Made by a program: the position numbers and the translations under genes
In this document: one piece after another, positions 1 to 12,968 of the stretch
Numbering within the stretch: the stretch's first letter is position 1
Layout of the letters: each line of letters opens with the position of its first letter
NCBI RefSeq assembly: GCF_006345805.1
Contig: NC_042997.1
Span: 208,010,001 to 208,074,000, forward strand
DNA: 64,000 nucleotides
Direction of reading: 5' to 3'
DNA from: Octopus sinensis
Lineage: Eukaryota
The notes under the pieces: model-generated
Databases searched by the model: none
Told to the model about the DNA's origin: nothing
Seen by the model: the letters and a program-made list of their open reading frames with translations, nothing else

Positions 1-3000
1 GCAGCAAACCAAAACACAACAGACAAACATATGAATGAGAAAAAAAGCGACACAAATCTAAAACCTGGAAACAACGAAGGGGAGCCTAATGATTATGATA
101 CCATAAAAAATAGAATAATCAAAGAACCGAAAAACACAGATCTCAAAATGGACCACCAACCATACCTCCCAAAAATCAAAATAGACAAAAAAACAACATC
201 GATAATAAATAGCATAAACCTGGCTGTCACGGAACTAATAGCCACAGAAACAAATGGCAATATCACTGAGCTAAATGACATAATATAGGCAGCAGCCACT
301 GCAGCCACAAAATAAGCTGGATACTCACTCAAATCTATCCAAACAGGAGTACCACCACCCAAACAAACCCTGTGGATAAATAATATCCAAAAAAAATACA
401 AAAAATGAGAAAAGATCTGTTGATTCTTAACGAAATTAGTAGACAATCAACGCTACTAAGCAACAAAAAGAAAATAAAAATACTGTGCAAATACAACATC
501 ACAGAAAAAGATTTACCTGAGATAAAAGAAAAGCTAAAGCAAGATATCCTTGCCAAAGCACAAAGGATCCGCTGGTATGAGAAACACCAAAGTTTCTTTG
601 AACAAAACAAACAAACAGTTCAACTCCAACTCCAAAAAGTTCTACCAAGAACTTGGCAAAAATAAAATAGAAATCACTGCAGCACCAACAGCAGAAGAAG
701 TGGAAGAATTCTGGAGAGAAATATGGTCGGCGAACGAACAACCAAAAAAAGGAGTATGAAAATAACAAACTCAGCACCTGAGCAACTTTGGAACCCCATA
801 ACAACTGAAGAGGTCACCCAGGCACTGCAAAGACTAAGCAACTGGATGACATCTGGGCATGACAAGATCCCCAACTTCTGGTTGAAATATCTGACAGGAA
901 TGCACAAAAAGCTGGATGAAAACTTTAACAACATACTGGCAGAGCCAGAGACAATGCCTGAATGGCTCATGAAGGGGAAATCCATCTTAATTCCCAAATC
1001 CAATGAGACAGCAAAACCAGAAAACTACAGACCAATAACCTGTCTCTCTACAATGTACAAGGCATTCACTGCAGTAATATCACAAAGATTAAACAAGCAC
1101 CTGGACGAAAACAACCTGTTTCCAGAAGAGCAGAAAGGATGCCGCAAAGGCTCATATAGCTGTAAAGATCAACTAATGATCAATAAAGCCATAACTGAAG
1201 ACAGCCACAGAAAGAAGAAAGGCCTCAGTATGGCCTGGATCGACTACAGAAAGGCGTTTGATAGCATCCCCCACACATGCATCCTCGAAACACTTGTCAT
1301 GAACAAAGTTGCACCAACAATTATAAAATACATAGGACACTCTATGAATAAATGGCAGACAGTGCTACAGCTCCAAACAAAAGAGGGACTCATGAAAACC
1401 AAAGCCATCCCCATTCGAAGAGGAATATTCCAGGGAGACATGCTCTCTCCACTCCTTTCTGCTTGGCACTGTCACCTCTATCTGATATGCTAAATAGAAC
1501 TGGATGCAGATACAAGTGTTACAGCAAAACAATCAGCCACCTTTTATATGTGGATGACCTAAAACTATACACTACAAATGACAAACAGCTGGAAACACTA
1601 CTAAAGACAGTTCATGGATTCACCAAAGAAATAGATATAAAATTTGGTTTAGAAAAATGCGCCAAAGTAACCCTGAAAAGAGGAAAACTAGGTAAGAGTA
1701 GCAACATCACACTAGATCAATCAAATGAAATAAAAGAATTAGACCAAAGCCAAACTTACAAATATTTAGGAATCCATGAACTAGATAAGACACAACACAC
1801 ACAAGTGAAAGAGAAAATAAAGAAAGAATACTATAGACAAGTTAGATCAATACTAAAAACAGAGCTCAATGCTAAAAACAAGATAACAGGTATTAACACT
1901 TTAGCCGTCCCAGTTATAAGTTACAGCTACAATATCCTTAACTGGACACTAAATGAACTAACCGAAATAAACAGAAAAACAAGAAAAATAATGACAGGAT
2001 CTAGGATGCATCACCCAAAATCTGACATAGAAAGCCTATATGTACAATGTATAGAAAGTGGTAGAGGCCTTATAAAGCTGGAATAGTACTATAAAATAAC
2101 CACCATAGGACTGCAAAAATACCTACTTCAGAAGCAAAGAAAACTAATACAAATAGCCACAAAACACAAACAAAACAAAAAACTGTTCTCAGTATTTAAG
2201 GAAGCTGACAAATGCAAAAAAGAAGTCATACCACCTAACAACTATGAAGAAGAAGAAGAAACAACAAGAGCTATAAAATAAATGAAATCCAAATTAAAAC
2301 TAGAACAGCAACGGACCATGATAAAACGATGGCAAGAAAAGCCCCTTCATGGCAAATACTGGACTAAACTAAATGCAAAAGAAATAGACAGAGAAAAATC
2401 CCAGCAATGGTTGAGAAGCTCAGAACTCAAAGCAGAGACTGAAGGATTGCAGCACAAGACCAAAGCCTCCCCACCAGAAATTACCAAAAACATGTAATGA
2501 AAAGAAATATAACAAGTAACTGCAGAATATGTGGAGATGGACAAGAAACAATAAATCGTATTATCTCTGGCTGCCCAGTCCTGGCTGAGAAGGAATATAT
2601 TCACAGACATGACCGAGTTGGGACCTATATACACTGGAAACTATGCCAACACTATGGAATAACAACAGAAAAAAGATGGTATAGGCACACACCAGAAAAG
2701 GTCACAGAAAACGAGAAAGCAACCATACTCTGGGATTTGCCAATACACACAGATAGAGAAATTAAGGCCAACAGACCAGATATAGTTGTCAGAGATCATG
2801 AAGAAAAAAAATGCTTTCTAATTGCTGTATCAATACCAGCAGATGACAACGTGTCTCTAAAAGAAATGGAGAAACTTTCAAAACACAAAGACCTGGAAAT
2901 AGAGGTAACTCGAATGTGGAATCTAAAAACAGAAACAATTCCTATCATAGTAGGTGCTTTAGGCATGATAAAAAAATATTCAGACCAATACATAACAAAA

Positions 3001-3022
3001 ACACCAGGACTTACAAACACAT
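1..3022 (+). mobile_element. R4/Dong-clade non-LTR retrotransposon, family A (D1), frameshifted, broken just before the ORF end, begins before the window
   Basis: Successive + ORFs: [47 protein letters not shown] (RT); CRICGDGQETINRIISGC (CCHC knuckle relic); ANRPDIV and IPIIVGALG (RLE). Confidence 0.92.
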
Positions 3023-5331
3023 AAATGGAGAGTGTACAGGTGAAAAGTTGATACCAGATAATATCGAAAGTCAAAGGTTTTGGAGTGACATCTGGAGCAA
3101 AGAGAAGGAGCACAAGAAGAATGCTGAATGGTTGCAAGAACTGAAACAAACAGTGGTCTGTCCAAAACAGGCAGAACTAGCCATTTCAGTTAGGGAAGTG
3201 AAGGAAATCAGCAAAAAAAAAATTGGCAACTTGAAGGCACCAGGACCAGATGGAGTTCAAGGTTACTGGATCAAGAGATTTGGTGAATGTCACGCACGAA
3301 TAGCTGCACAACTCAACACCTTGTTAAATGTCGACCAAGGAACACCAGAGTGGTTGACATTGGGTAGGACAGTACTGTGCTTGTAAAACATTGAAAAAGT
3401 CACTACAGTAGACAATTACAGGCTGATATCCTGCTTGCCACTTATGCGGAAGTTCTTGACTGGAATACTCGCAGAGTCAATGTAAGAACGTCTGGAAAAA
3501 AATGGAGTCCTCCCACATGAGCAGAAGGGTTGCAAGTATAAGTGCAGAAGTATCAAGGACCAACTCCTGATAGATAAAAATGTACTCAGAGACTGCAAGA
3601 GGAGGAAAAGTAACTTAGCTATGTCATGGATCGACTATCGTAAGGCATATGTTATGATTCCACGTTCTTGGATTATGGAGTGTATGAGCCTATTTGGTAA
3701 TGCATCAAGTGTTGAGTGATTGCTTGGTAAAAGTATGGTGAATTGGAGGATGGAACTGACAGTATACAGAAGAAGTTTAGGGACAGGAGAAATTAGGAGG
3801 GGCATCTTCCAAGGGGACTGTCTGTCTCCACTGATCTTTGTACTGTGCTTGATACCACTAACACTGATTCTGAGGAAAGCAAAGGCTGGGTGTGTATTCA
3901 AAAGCTGCCAGCAAAAAGTCAACCATTTGTTATTCATGGATGACCTCAGACTTTTTGGTAAAGATGAAGCCCAAGTCAGTTCCCTCTTTTCATATGGTGT
4001 ATACATTCAGTGCTGATATCAGAATGGAGTTCGGACTGAGAAAGTGTGGTGTGTTAGAATTGAAGAGAGGCAAAATCAAATGTATGGACGGACTAACAAT
4101 ACCGTTGGGGGAGTTTGTGAAGCAGATAGAAGAGACAGGCTATAAAGTACTTGGGGATTTTGAAAAATGAATAAACTGATGGAGAAAGAAATGACAGAAA
4201 CATCTAAGGTGGAGTACTTGCACAGACTGAGACTGATCCTTAAGTCGAAATTAAGTGGACAATTAAGATCGAAGCTTTCAAAACTTGGGCAGTTTCACTC
4301 CTTAGATATGGAGTAGGGATAATCGCATGGACAGTAGACGAACTAAACAGCTGAGATAGAAAGACAAGGAAGTTGCTAACTAGATATGGGACACTCCACC
4401 CTAAAAGTGACACAGACAGACTGTATGTACCAAGAAAAAGAGGAGGAAGAGGACTTATTGGATGTGAGCACAGCTTTAGAGCAGAAGAAAACAACATAGC
4501 ATGGTATGTAAAAAAATGCCACAGAACTGCTATTATTGGAAATAAGAAGTTCAGGCTTGTGTAGGATGAAAGATTGCAAAAATAAAGCACTATACAAGAA
4601 ATTGAAAATGAATGAAACTGAAAATAGGTGGGTAAAGAAAAGAATGCATGGACAATTTGATAGGGATGTTGAAGATAAGACAGACAAAGGAAAAAGATGG
4701 TTGTGGATGACTAAAAGTGATTTAAAACCGGAAACAGAGGCTCTAGTCTGTGCTGCCCAAGAGGAAGCACTAAGAACAAACTACATAAAATATAGAATAG
4801 ACAACACAGCAGAAAGTGATAAGTGCAAAATTTGTGGACACAATGATGAAACCGTATGGCATATTACCAGTCAATGTATGCCACTAGCCCAGAAGGAATA
4901 TAAGAGACACCATGACAATATAGCCAGGTTTGTCCATTGGACACATTGCAACAAGTATGGACTTGACAGAGCGAAAAATCCGTATGATCACAAACCTGAA
5001 GCCATCATCAAAAATGATAATGCAAAGATCCTGTGGGATTTTATGATTCAGTGCAACGATGAGATTAGAGAATAGAAAACCAGTCATACTGTTAATTGAG
5101 ACAGGAAGCAAACTATGCTGGATCATAGATATAGCATGCCCAGCTTACAATAAGGTATGCAATAAGGAAGAAAGAAAAGTCGTGAGATATGACAGGTTAG
5201 CTTGGGAGGTTAAGCAGTTGTGGTCAATGAGAAAGATAGTAGTAGTAACAATAATTGTCGGAGCCCTGGAAACAGTGAGTAAAAATCTTGAGAAGTACAT
5301 GGAACGAATAAGGGCTGCTATAAGGATGGAG
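3023..5331 (+). mobile_element. R4/Dong-clade non-LTR retrotransposon, family B (D2), 5'-truncated and degenerate
   Basis: KAPGPDGVQGYWIK, RGIFQGDCLSP, LFMDDLRL, CKICGHNDETVWHITSQC, RKPVIL (RLE PD-like motif), IIVGALE; many stops and frameshifts. Confidence 0.9.
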
Positions 5332-8300
5332 CACTGTTATTTAGCCCTAGGAACAATAGCATTCTTCCCTTTCATGGGACTGTCACATTAAGTTGACAAC
5401 ATGCTATCACTTTATCGTGCTGCTACTGCATAAATCTCTCAGAGACAACATGAAACGGTGTTTCCAAGGGCTAAATAACAGCAGCATTCTTCCCTTTCAT
5501 GGGACTGTCACATTAAGTTGATAACATGCTATCACTTTATCATGCTGCTACTGCATAAATCTCTCAGAGACAACAGGATACCGTGTTTCCTAGGGCTAAA
5601 TAACAGCAGCATTCTTCCCTTTCATGGGACTGTCACATTAAGTTGACAACATGCTATCACTTTATCGTGCTGCTACTGCATAAATCTCTTTGAGACAACA
5701 GGATACTGTGTCTCCTAGGGCTAAATAACAGTAGCATTCTTCCCTTTCATGGGACTGTCACAATAAGTTGACAACATGCTATCACTTTATCGTGCTGCTA
5801 CTGCATAAATCCCTTTGAGACAACAGGATACTGTGTCTCCTAGGGCTAAATAACAGTAGCATTCTTCCCTTTCATGGGACTGTCACATTAAGTTGACAAC
5901 ATGCTATCACTTTATCGTGCTGCTACTGCATAAATCTCTTTGAGACAACAGGATACTGTGTCTCCTAGGGCTAAATAACAGTAGCATTCTTCCCTTTCAT
6001 GGGACTGTCACATTAAGTTGACAACATGCTATCACTTTATCGTGCTGCTACTGCATAAATCTCTTTGAGACAACAGGATACCATGTTTCCTAGGGCTAAA
6101 TAACAGTAGCATTCTTCCCTTTCATGGGACTGTCACAATAAGTTGACAACATGCTATCACTTTATCGTGCTGCTACTGCATAAATCCCTTTGAGACAAAC
6201 AGATACCGTGTTTCCTAGGGCTAAATAACAGTAGCATTCTTCCCTTTCATGGGACTGTCACAATAAGTTGACAACATGCTATCACTTTATCGTGCTGCTA
6301 CTGCATAAATCCCTTTGAGACAACAGGATACCGTGTTTCCTAGGGCTAAATAACAGTAGCATTCTTCCCTTTCATGGGACTGTCACAATAAGTTGACAAC
6401 ATGCTATCACTTTATCGTGCTGCTACTGCATAAATCCCTTTGAGACAACAGGATACCGTGTTTCCTAGGGCTAAATAACAGTAGCATTCTCCCTTTCATG
6501 GGACTGTCACAATTTTGACAACATGCTATCACTTTATCGTGCTGCTACTGCATAAATCCCTTTGAGACAACAGGATACCGTGTTTCCTAGGGCTAAATAA
6601 CAGTAGCATTCTTCCCTTTCATGGGACTGTCACAATAAGTTGACAACATGCTATCACTTTATCGTGCTGCTACTGCATAAATCTCTCTGAGACAACAGGA
6701 TACCGTGTTTCCTAGGGCTAAATAACAGCAGCATTCTTCCCTTTCATGGGACCGTCACATTAAGTTGACAACATGCTATCACTTTCTCATGCTGCTACTG
6801 CATAAATCTCTCAGAGACAACAGGATACCGTGTTTCCTAGGGCTAAATAACAGTAGCATTCTTCCCTTTCATGGGACTGTCACATTAAGTTGACAACATG
6901 CTATCACTTTACGTCGTGTGCTACTGCATAAATCTCTTTGAGACAACAGGATACCGTGTTTCCTAGGGCTAAATAACAGTAGCATTCTTCCCTTTCATGG
7001 GACCGTCACATTAAGTTGACAACATGCTATCACTTTCTCATGCTGCTACTGCATAAATCTCTCAGAGACAACTGACCAGAGACTATACCGTGTTTCCTAG
7101 GCTAAATAACAGTAGCATTCTTCCCTTTCATGGGACTGTCACATTAAGTTGACAACATGCTATCACTTTATCGTGCTGCTACTGCATAAATCTCTTTGAG
7201 ACAACAGGATACCGTGTTTCCTAGGGCTAAATAACAGTAGCATTCTTCCCTTTCATGGGACCGTCACATTAAGTTGACAACATGCTATCACTTTCTCATG
7301 CTGCTACTGCATAAATCTCTCAGAGACAACAGGATACCGTGTTTCCTAGGGCTAAATAACAGTAGCATTCTTCCCTTTCATGGGACTGTCACATTAAGTT
7401 GACAACATGCTATCACTTTATCGTGCTGCTACTGCATAAATCTCTCAGAGACAACAGGATACCGTGTTTCCTAGGGCTAAATAACAGTAGCATTCTTCCC
7501 TTTCATGGGACTGTCACAATAAGTTGACAACATGCTATCACTTTATCGTGCTGCTACTGCATAAATCTCTTTGAGACAACAGGATACCGTGTTTCCTAGG
7601 GCTAAATAACAGCAGCATTCTTCCCTTTCATGGGACTGTCACAATAAGTTGACAACATGCTATCACTTTATCGTGCTGCTACTGCATAAATCTCTTTGAG
7701 ACAACAGGATACCGTGTTTCCTAGGGCTAAATAACAGTAGCATTCTTCCCTTTCATGGGACTGTCACAATAAGTTGACAACATGCTATCACTTTATCGTG
7801 CTGCTACTGCATAGATCTCTTTGAGACAACAGGATACCGTGTTTCCTAGGGCTAAATAACTGTAGCATTCTTCCCTTTCATGGGACTGTGACAATAAGTT
7901 GACAACATGCTATCACTTTATCGTGCTGCTACTGCATAAATCTCTTTGAGACAACAGGATACCATGTTTCCTAGGGCTAAATAACAGTAGCATTCTTCCC
8001 TTTCATGGGACTGTCACAATAAGTTGACAACATGCTATCACTTTCTCATGCTGCTACTGCATAAATCTCTCAGAGACAACAGGATACCATGTTTCCTAGG
8101 GCTAAATAACTGTAGCATTCTTCCCTTTTATGGGACTGTCACATTAAGTTGACAACATGCTATCACTTTCTCATGCTGCTACTGCATAAATCTCTCAGAG
8201 ACAACAGGATACCATGTTTCCTAGGGCTAAATAACTGTAGCATTCTTCCCTTTCATGGGACTGTCACAATAAGTTGACAACATGCTATCACTTTCTCATG

Positions 8301-8709
8301 CTGCTACTGCATAAATCTCTCAGAGACAACAGGATACCATGTTTCCTAGGGCTAAATAACAGTAGCATTCTTCCCTTTCATGGGACTGTCACAATAAGTT
8401 GACAACATGCTATCACTTTCTCATGCTGCTACTGCATAAATCTCTCAGAGACAACAGGATACCGTGTTTCCTAGGGCTAAATAACTGTAGCATTCTTCCC
8501 TTTTATGGGACTGTCACATTAAGTTGACAACATGCTATCACTTTATCGTGCTGCGACTGGATAAATTTCTCTGAGACAACAGGATACGCTGTTTCCTAGG
8601 GCTAAATAACAGTAGCATTCTTCCCTTTCATGGGACTGTCACATTATGTTGACAACATGCTATCACTTTATCGTGCTGCTACTGCATAAATTTCTCTCTG
8701 AGAGATTTA
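5332..8709. repeat. Tandem satellite, 125-bp unit, about 27 copies
   Basis: CTAAATAAC recurs at 5471, 5596, 5721, 5846, 5971 (period 125). Unit: tagggctaaataacagtagcattcttccctttcatgggactgtcacattaagttgacaacatgctatcactttatcgtgctgctactgcataaatctctttgagacaacaggataccgtgtttcc. Copies differ by only a few substitutions. Confidence 0.98.
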
Positions 8710-8724
8710 GAAAAGTATTATTTC

Positions 8725-8860
8725 TATGAGATCACCATGTCGAACGCATATGGTTTGTAATGCATGTGCCTAGTGTACCCTAATAAGACAGGTAGTCTGG
8801 GCTTCATATATTTAACCCCAGTGTCACTTTGATGCCATGCACTGCTCACTCACTTAATAA
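8725..8860 (+). mobile_element. Right-end fragment of the TAA-flanked interspersed repeat also at 12969-13504
   Basis: tatgagatcaccatgt...gtcactttgatgccatgcactgctcactcact aligns with 13365-13504. Confidence 0.85.
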
Positions 8861-10060
8861 TATCCAATTATATCATTCTAATTGTGTATTGCACTCAAAC
8901 AATATTAGCATAAACTGCGGCAATTTCCAAGGTGACTCACTTGCACCACTAATTTTCTGCATAGCACTAATACCACTCTCAAGTGAACTGAATAGAACAG
9001 GATATGGCTATAAAATTGATAACAGGAAAATAAGCCATCTATTTTATATGGATGATTTAAAACTATATGGCAAAGATGATGAAGAGCTTGAAGGATTATT
9101 ACATACTGTGAAAGGATTCAGTGATGATATCGGGATGGAGTTTGGCCTTGAAAAGTGTGCCAAATCCACTTTTAAGAAAGGGAAATTGGTAAAGTCTAGT
9201 TCAATCGAATTAGATGTCGAAATAGTAATAAACGAACTTGAGCAGGAACAAACCTATAAATACCTAGGAATAAATGAAGGCTCTGGTGTCCAGCATGCAA
9301 GCATGAAAGAGAAGGTTAGGAAAGAATGTTATAGAAGAGTTCGAGCAGTCCTGAAGTCTGAGCTGAATGCATATAATAAGGTGTTAGCCATAAATTCCTT
9401 AGCAGTACCAGTTGTTCTTTATAGCTTCAATGTGCTTAACTGGAATACCAGTGAAATAATGAAAATTGACAGAAAAATCCGCAAGCTACTGACTTGTAAT
9501 AAGATGCACCATCCAAAGGCAGACGTGGATCGCCTTTACCTTCCCAGAGCTCAGGGAGGTCGAGGTTTGATCCAGCTTGAGCTTACATACAAAACCACCA
9601 CAATCGGACTGGCCAAATACCTTGAAACAACCAACGATTGGCTGCTAAAACTTGTTGAAAAACATGAAAGACCTAAAAGACTTCACTCTATTCTCAAAGA
9701 GAGCAAACAATTCGCTGCTGATCTCTTAGATACACACCAGATTGATCAAGCTGAAGGAAATACGCCAACTGCAGCTGCAAGGAAAATAAAATTAATTGCA
9801 AAGACAAAAACACATGAAAATTTAGCTAGCAGATGGGAACAGAAACCTCTCCATGGCAAGTACGTGGCCCGTAGCAAACAAGCTGATGTCGACCAGAAAC
9901 ACACGCACCAATGGTTACGAAGCTCAGGGCTAAAAGCAGAGAGTGAAGGTTTCATATTAGCTGCTCAAGATTTCATATTAGCTGCCCTAGGTGTACGGAA
10001 AACACTCAGCGAGAAACAGAAGAAAATTTGAAGAAAGAAGGAAAAAAAAAATAATAATAA
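8861..10060 (+). mobile_element. R4/Dong-like element family C (D3): RT C-terminal half, internal deletion of CCHC/RLE, retained 3' terminus with A-run and (TAA)3
   Basis: ORF 8829-10031 has GNFQGDSLAP, FYMDDLKL and GFILAAQD. 9983-10060 aligns with the D5 3' UTR end (20375-20450). Confidence 0.9.
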
Positions 10061-12892
10061 GACAATTGAAAGCAGTTGTATGCCTCTGAGAAAAGTCAAG
10101 AAATACAAACCTTAGAAGAATTCCAAACTGGAAAAGTAAAATTGAAAAAGAGATTGAAATAAAGAGAAATGAAATATCAATATTGAATGAACTAATTTGT
10201 GGAAACGATGTAAGAAAAATGAAGAGAAAACAGATTCTCACCAAGAGAAGAACTGCTTTCAGCAAAAGAAACACTGCAACAAAAGAATCCAAGCAAATGA
10301 AGATTTGAAAAAAAACAGATTTTACATAGAAAATAAGCTGTTCACATCCAATGTGAAAACATTCTACAGAGAAATAGGCAAAGACGGAATAATCATTGAA
10401 GACCTCCACTGCCATGGGAGAAGTTGAAGACTTCTGGAAAAATATCGGGAATGATGAAAAGAGTTACAATTGAAATGCTGACTGGATCAGACACACAGAG
10501 GGATCCTAGCAAAATTTATCAGAACAAGCAAGGGAAGATATCACAATAGCAGACCTAAGGATGACACTCACGAAGGACCATAAGTGGAAATCCCCTGGTA
10601 ATGAAAAGGTGCCAAATTTTTGGCTCGCCTTGTTCCTGTGTGCACATGGAAAGTTAGTCCAGTTATTCAATGAAATAATGAGAGATCCTGCAAAAACACC
10701 CGACTGGTTAGCAAGAGGTATTACTTACCTACACCTGAAGAATAATGGAACCAACTTTCCCCAAGACTATCCACCCATGGCATATCTATCTGCCACGTAT
10801 AAAATTTTAGCATCCATCCTCATGGAGAAAAACAATTTATGGAAATTTATCAGAATGATTATTCCCCACTGAACAAAAAGGGTGCCGACAAGGCTCATAT
10901 GGATGCAAAGACCAACTCTTAATGAATAGCATGGCCCTTGAGGAACTGTCATAACAAATGCAGAAATCTCAGTTCTGCATGATTGATTATCAAAAAAGGC
11001 CTTTGACAGCATGCTGCATTCATGGATCTTGAAATCGCTGGATATCTTCCAAATTTCTCTTGTGATTTCACATTTCCTGAGGCACAACATGTCAATGTGG
11101 AATACAAATCTCCAATTATACCACTCTGATGGAGTTCTGACCACAAAAAATATTAATATCAACTGTGGCATTTTCCACTTTCATCCTTAATTTTATTCAT
11201 AGCCCTAATGAACTTAACAGAACAGGGTATGGATATAAAATTGGCAAGAGGAAAACAAGTCATCTATTTTATGTGGATGACTTAAAACTTTAAGGCAAAG
11301 ACGATAATGAGCTTGAAGGACTACTACGTACTGTGAAAGCATTTAGTGATGACCTTGGGATGGAATTTGGTTTTGATAATGTGCCAGGGTCACTTTCCAG
11401 AAAGGGAAACTGAAGACCTCACATTCAGTGGAGTTGGATGTTGACACAGTCATAAAAGAACTCAAGCAAGAAGAAACTTACAAATACCTCGGAATGAATG
11501 AGGGTTCTGGCATTCAGCATACAAGAATGAAAGAGAAGGAATGGTAAAGGTGAGTTCAAGCAGTCCTAAAATCCGAGTTAAATGCACGTAACAAGGTGTT
11601 AGCAATAAATTCCTTAACAGTTCTGGTTGTTATTTACAGTTTCAATGTATTCAACTGGAATATGAGTGAAATAAGGAAGATTGACAGGAAAATCCTTGAG
11701 TTTCTGAGTTGCAAAAAGAGGCACCAACCAAAGGCAGATGCAGATCGTCTTTACCTACCCAGAGCTCAAGGAGGTCGAGGCTTGGTTTTTGATTTGAAAC
11801 CTCCTACAAAACCATCACAACTGGACTGGCCAAATATCTTGAAACATCTAATGAATGGATGCTAAATCTCATTGAAATTGGAAGTGCAACAACTGTAGCT
11901 GCAAAGAAGGTGAAACCATAGCAAAGCAAAATGCGCTTGGACAATTGGATGATGGGTGGGAAGAAAATCCTCTGCATGGCAAATATGTGGCCCGTAGCAA
12001 ACAAGCTGATGTAGACCAGAAGCACAGCCATCAGTGTCTAGGGAGCTCAGAGCTTAAAGGCACAGAGAGAGAAGGCTTTATCTTGGCTACCCAAGATCAG
12101 AACTTATTGTCCTGGGACTGTCAAGCCAATGTGATGAAAAATGGAGCAGACCCAAAGTGCTGATACTGCAACAATGATATAGAAATAGTGGACCACCTAC
12201 TCTCTGGATGTAAGGTTTTAGCACCTGTATAGTATAAATCAAGGTATTGCAGATAATGTTTGGCATTATAAAATGAAAAGTGCTGACAAATGGTACAAGC
12301 ACCACCCTGAGGCTGTTAGAGAGGGAGAAAATGTAACGATTCTTTGGGACTTCCCAGTATGTACAGATGTGACCATCAAAGCTAATAAACCAGAAATTGT
12401 TGTGAAAGACCAAAACAATAAAGTCTGTTTATTGATTGATGTGAGCGTATTTTGTGTCTATGATATCTCGGCAAAAGAATTTGATAAACTCAGAAAATAT
12501 AAAGATCTGCTGATTGAAATCAAAAAGATGTGGCATCTCAAGATGGCTACAATACCAGTGACTGTAGGAGCACTTGGAATGATCAAAAAAGGAACTGAAA
12601 ATTATTTATGAATGATCCCTGGATTACCATCCATGCAGGAAGTGCAAAAGATTGTCTTAACTGGTAACTGGTCACACGTATTGAGAAGAGCATCGTTGCT
12701 GTGAATTTTCTTTCCTTTTTTCCACTTTATTTTCCTTGCTTACTTTTTTTTTCATTTTTTCTTTTTTTTAATATAAGTTTGTAAATGGTGTGTTTATTTT
12801 AATGGCCTACCACATGTACAAAGTGAACTTTTTTTGTCCTAGATGTTGGGAAGACACTTGGCAAGGAATGGAAATAAAATTGAAAGAGGAAG

Positions 12893-12894
<2 letters not shown>
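10061..12894 (+). mobile_element. R4/Dong-like element family C (D4), older degenerate copy with 3' UTR
   Basis: Colinear with D5 from about 17457 to 20439: KSPGNEKVPNFW, FYVDDLK, ANKPEIVVKD, IPVTVGALG; UTR motif ttaatggcctacca...gggaagacact.ggcaag. Confidence 0.9.
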
Positions 12895-12930
<36 letters not shown>

Positions 12931-12965
12931 TGATGATGATGATGATGATAATAATAACAATAATT
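12895..12965. repeat. (TAA)n(TGA)n microsatellite, tail/target of D4
   Basis: Direct reading of the sequence. Confidence 0.97.
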
Positions 12966-12968
12966 AAT

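Noticed and set aside
5392-5470. Hammerhead within the satellite unit (TTGACAA ... GAAA in unit 1)
   Set aside because: GAAA occurs only in the first unit, stem I does not pair, and no core/GAAA combination works on either strand.
5332-8709. CRISPR array
   Set aside because: The whole 125-bp unit repeats, there are no unique spacers or cas genes, and the context is eukaryotic.
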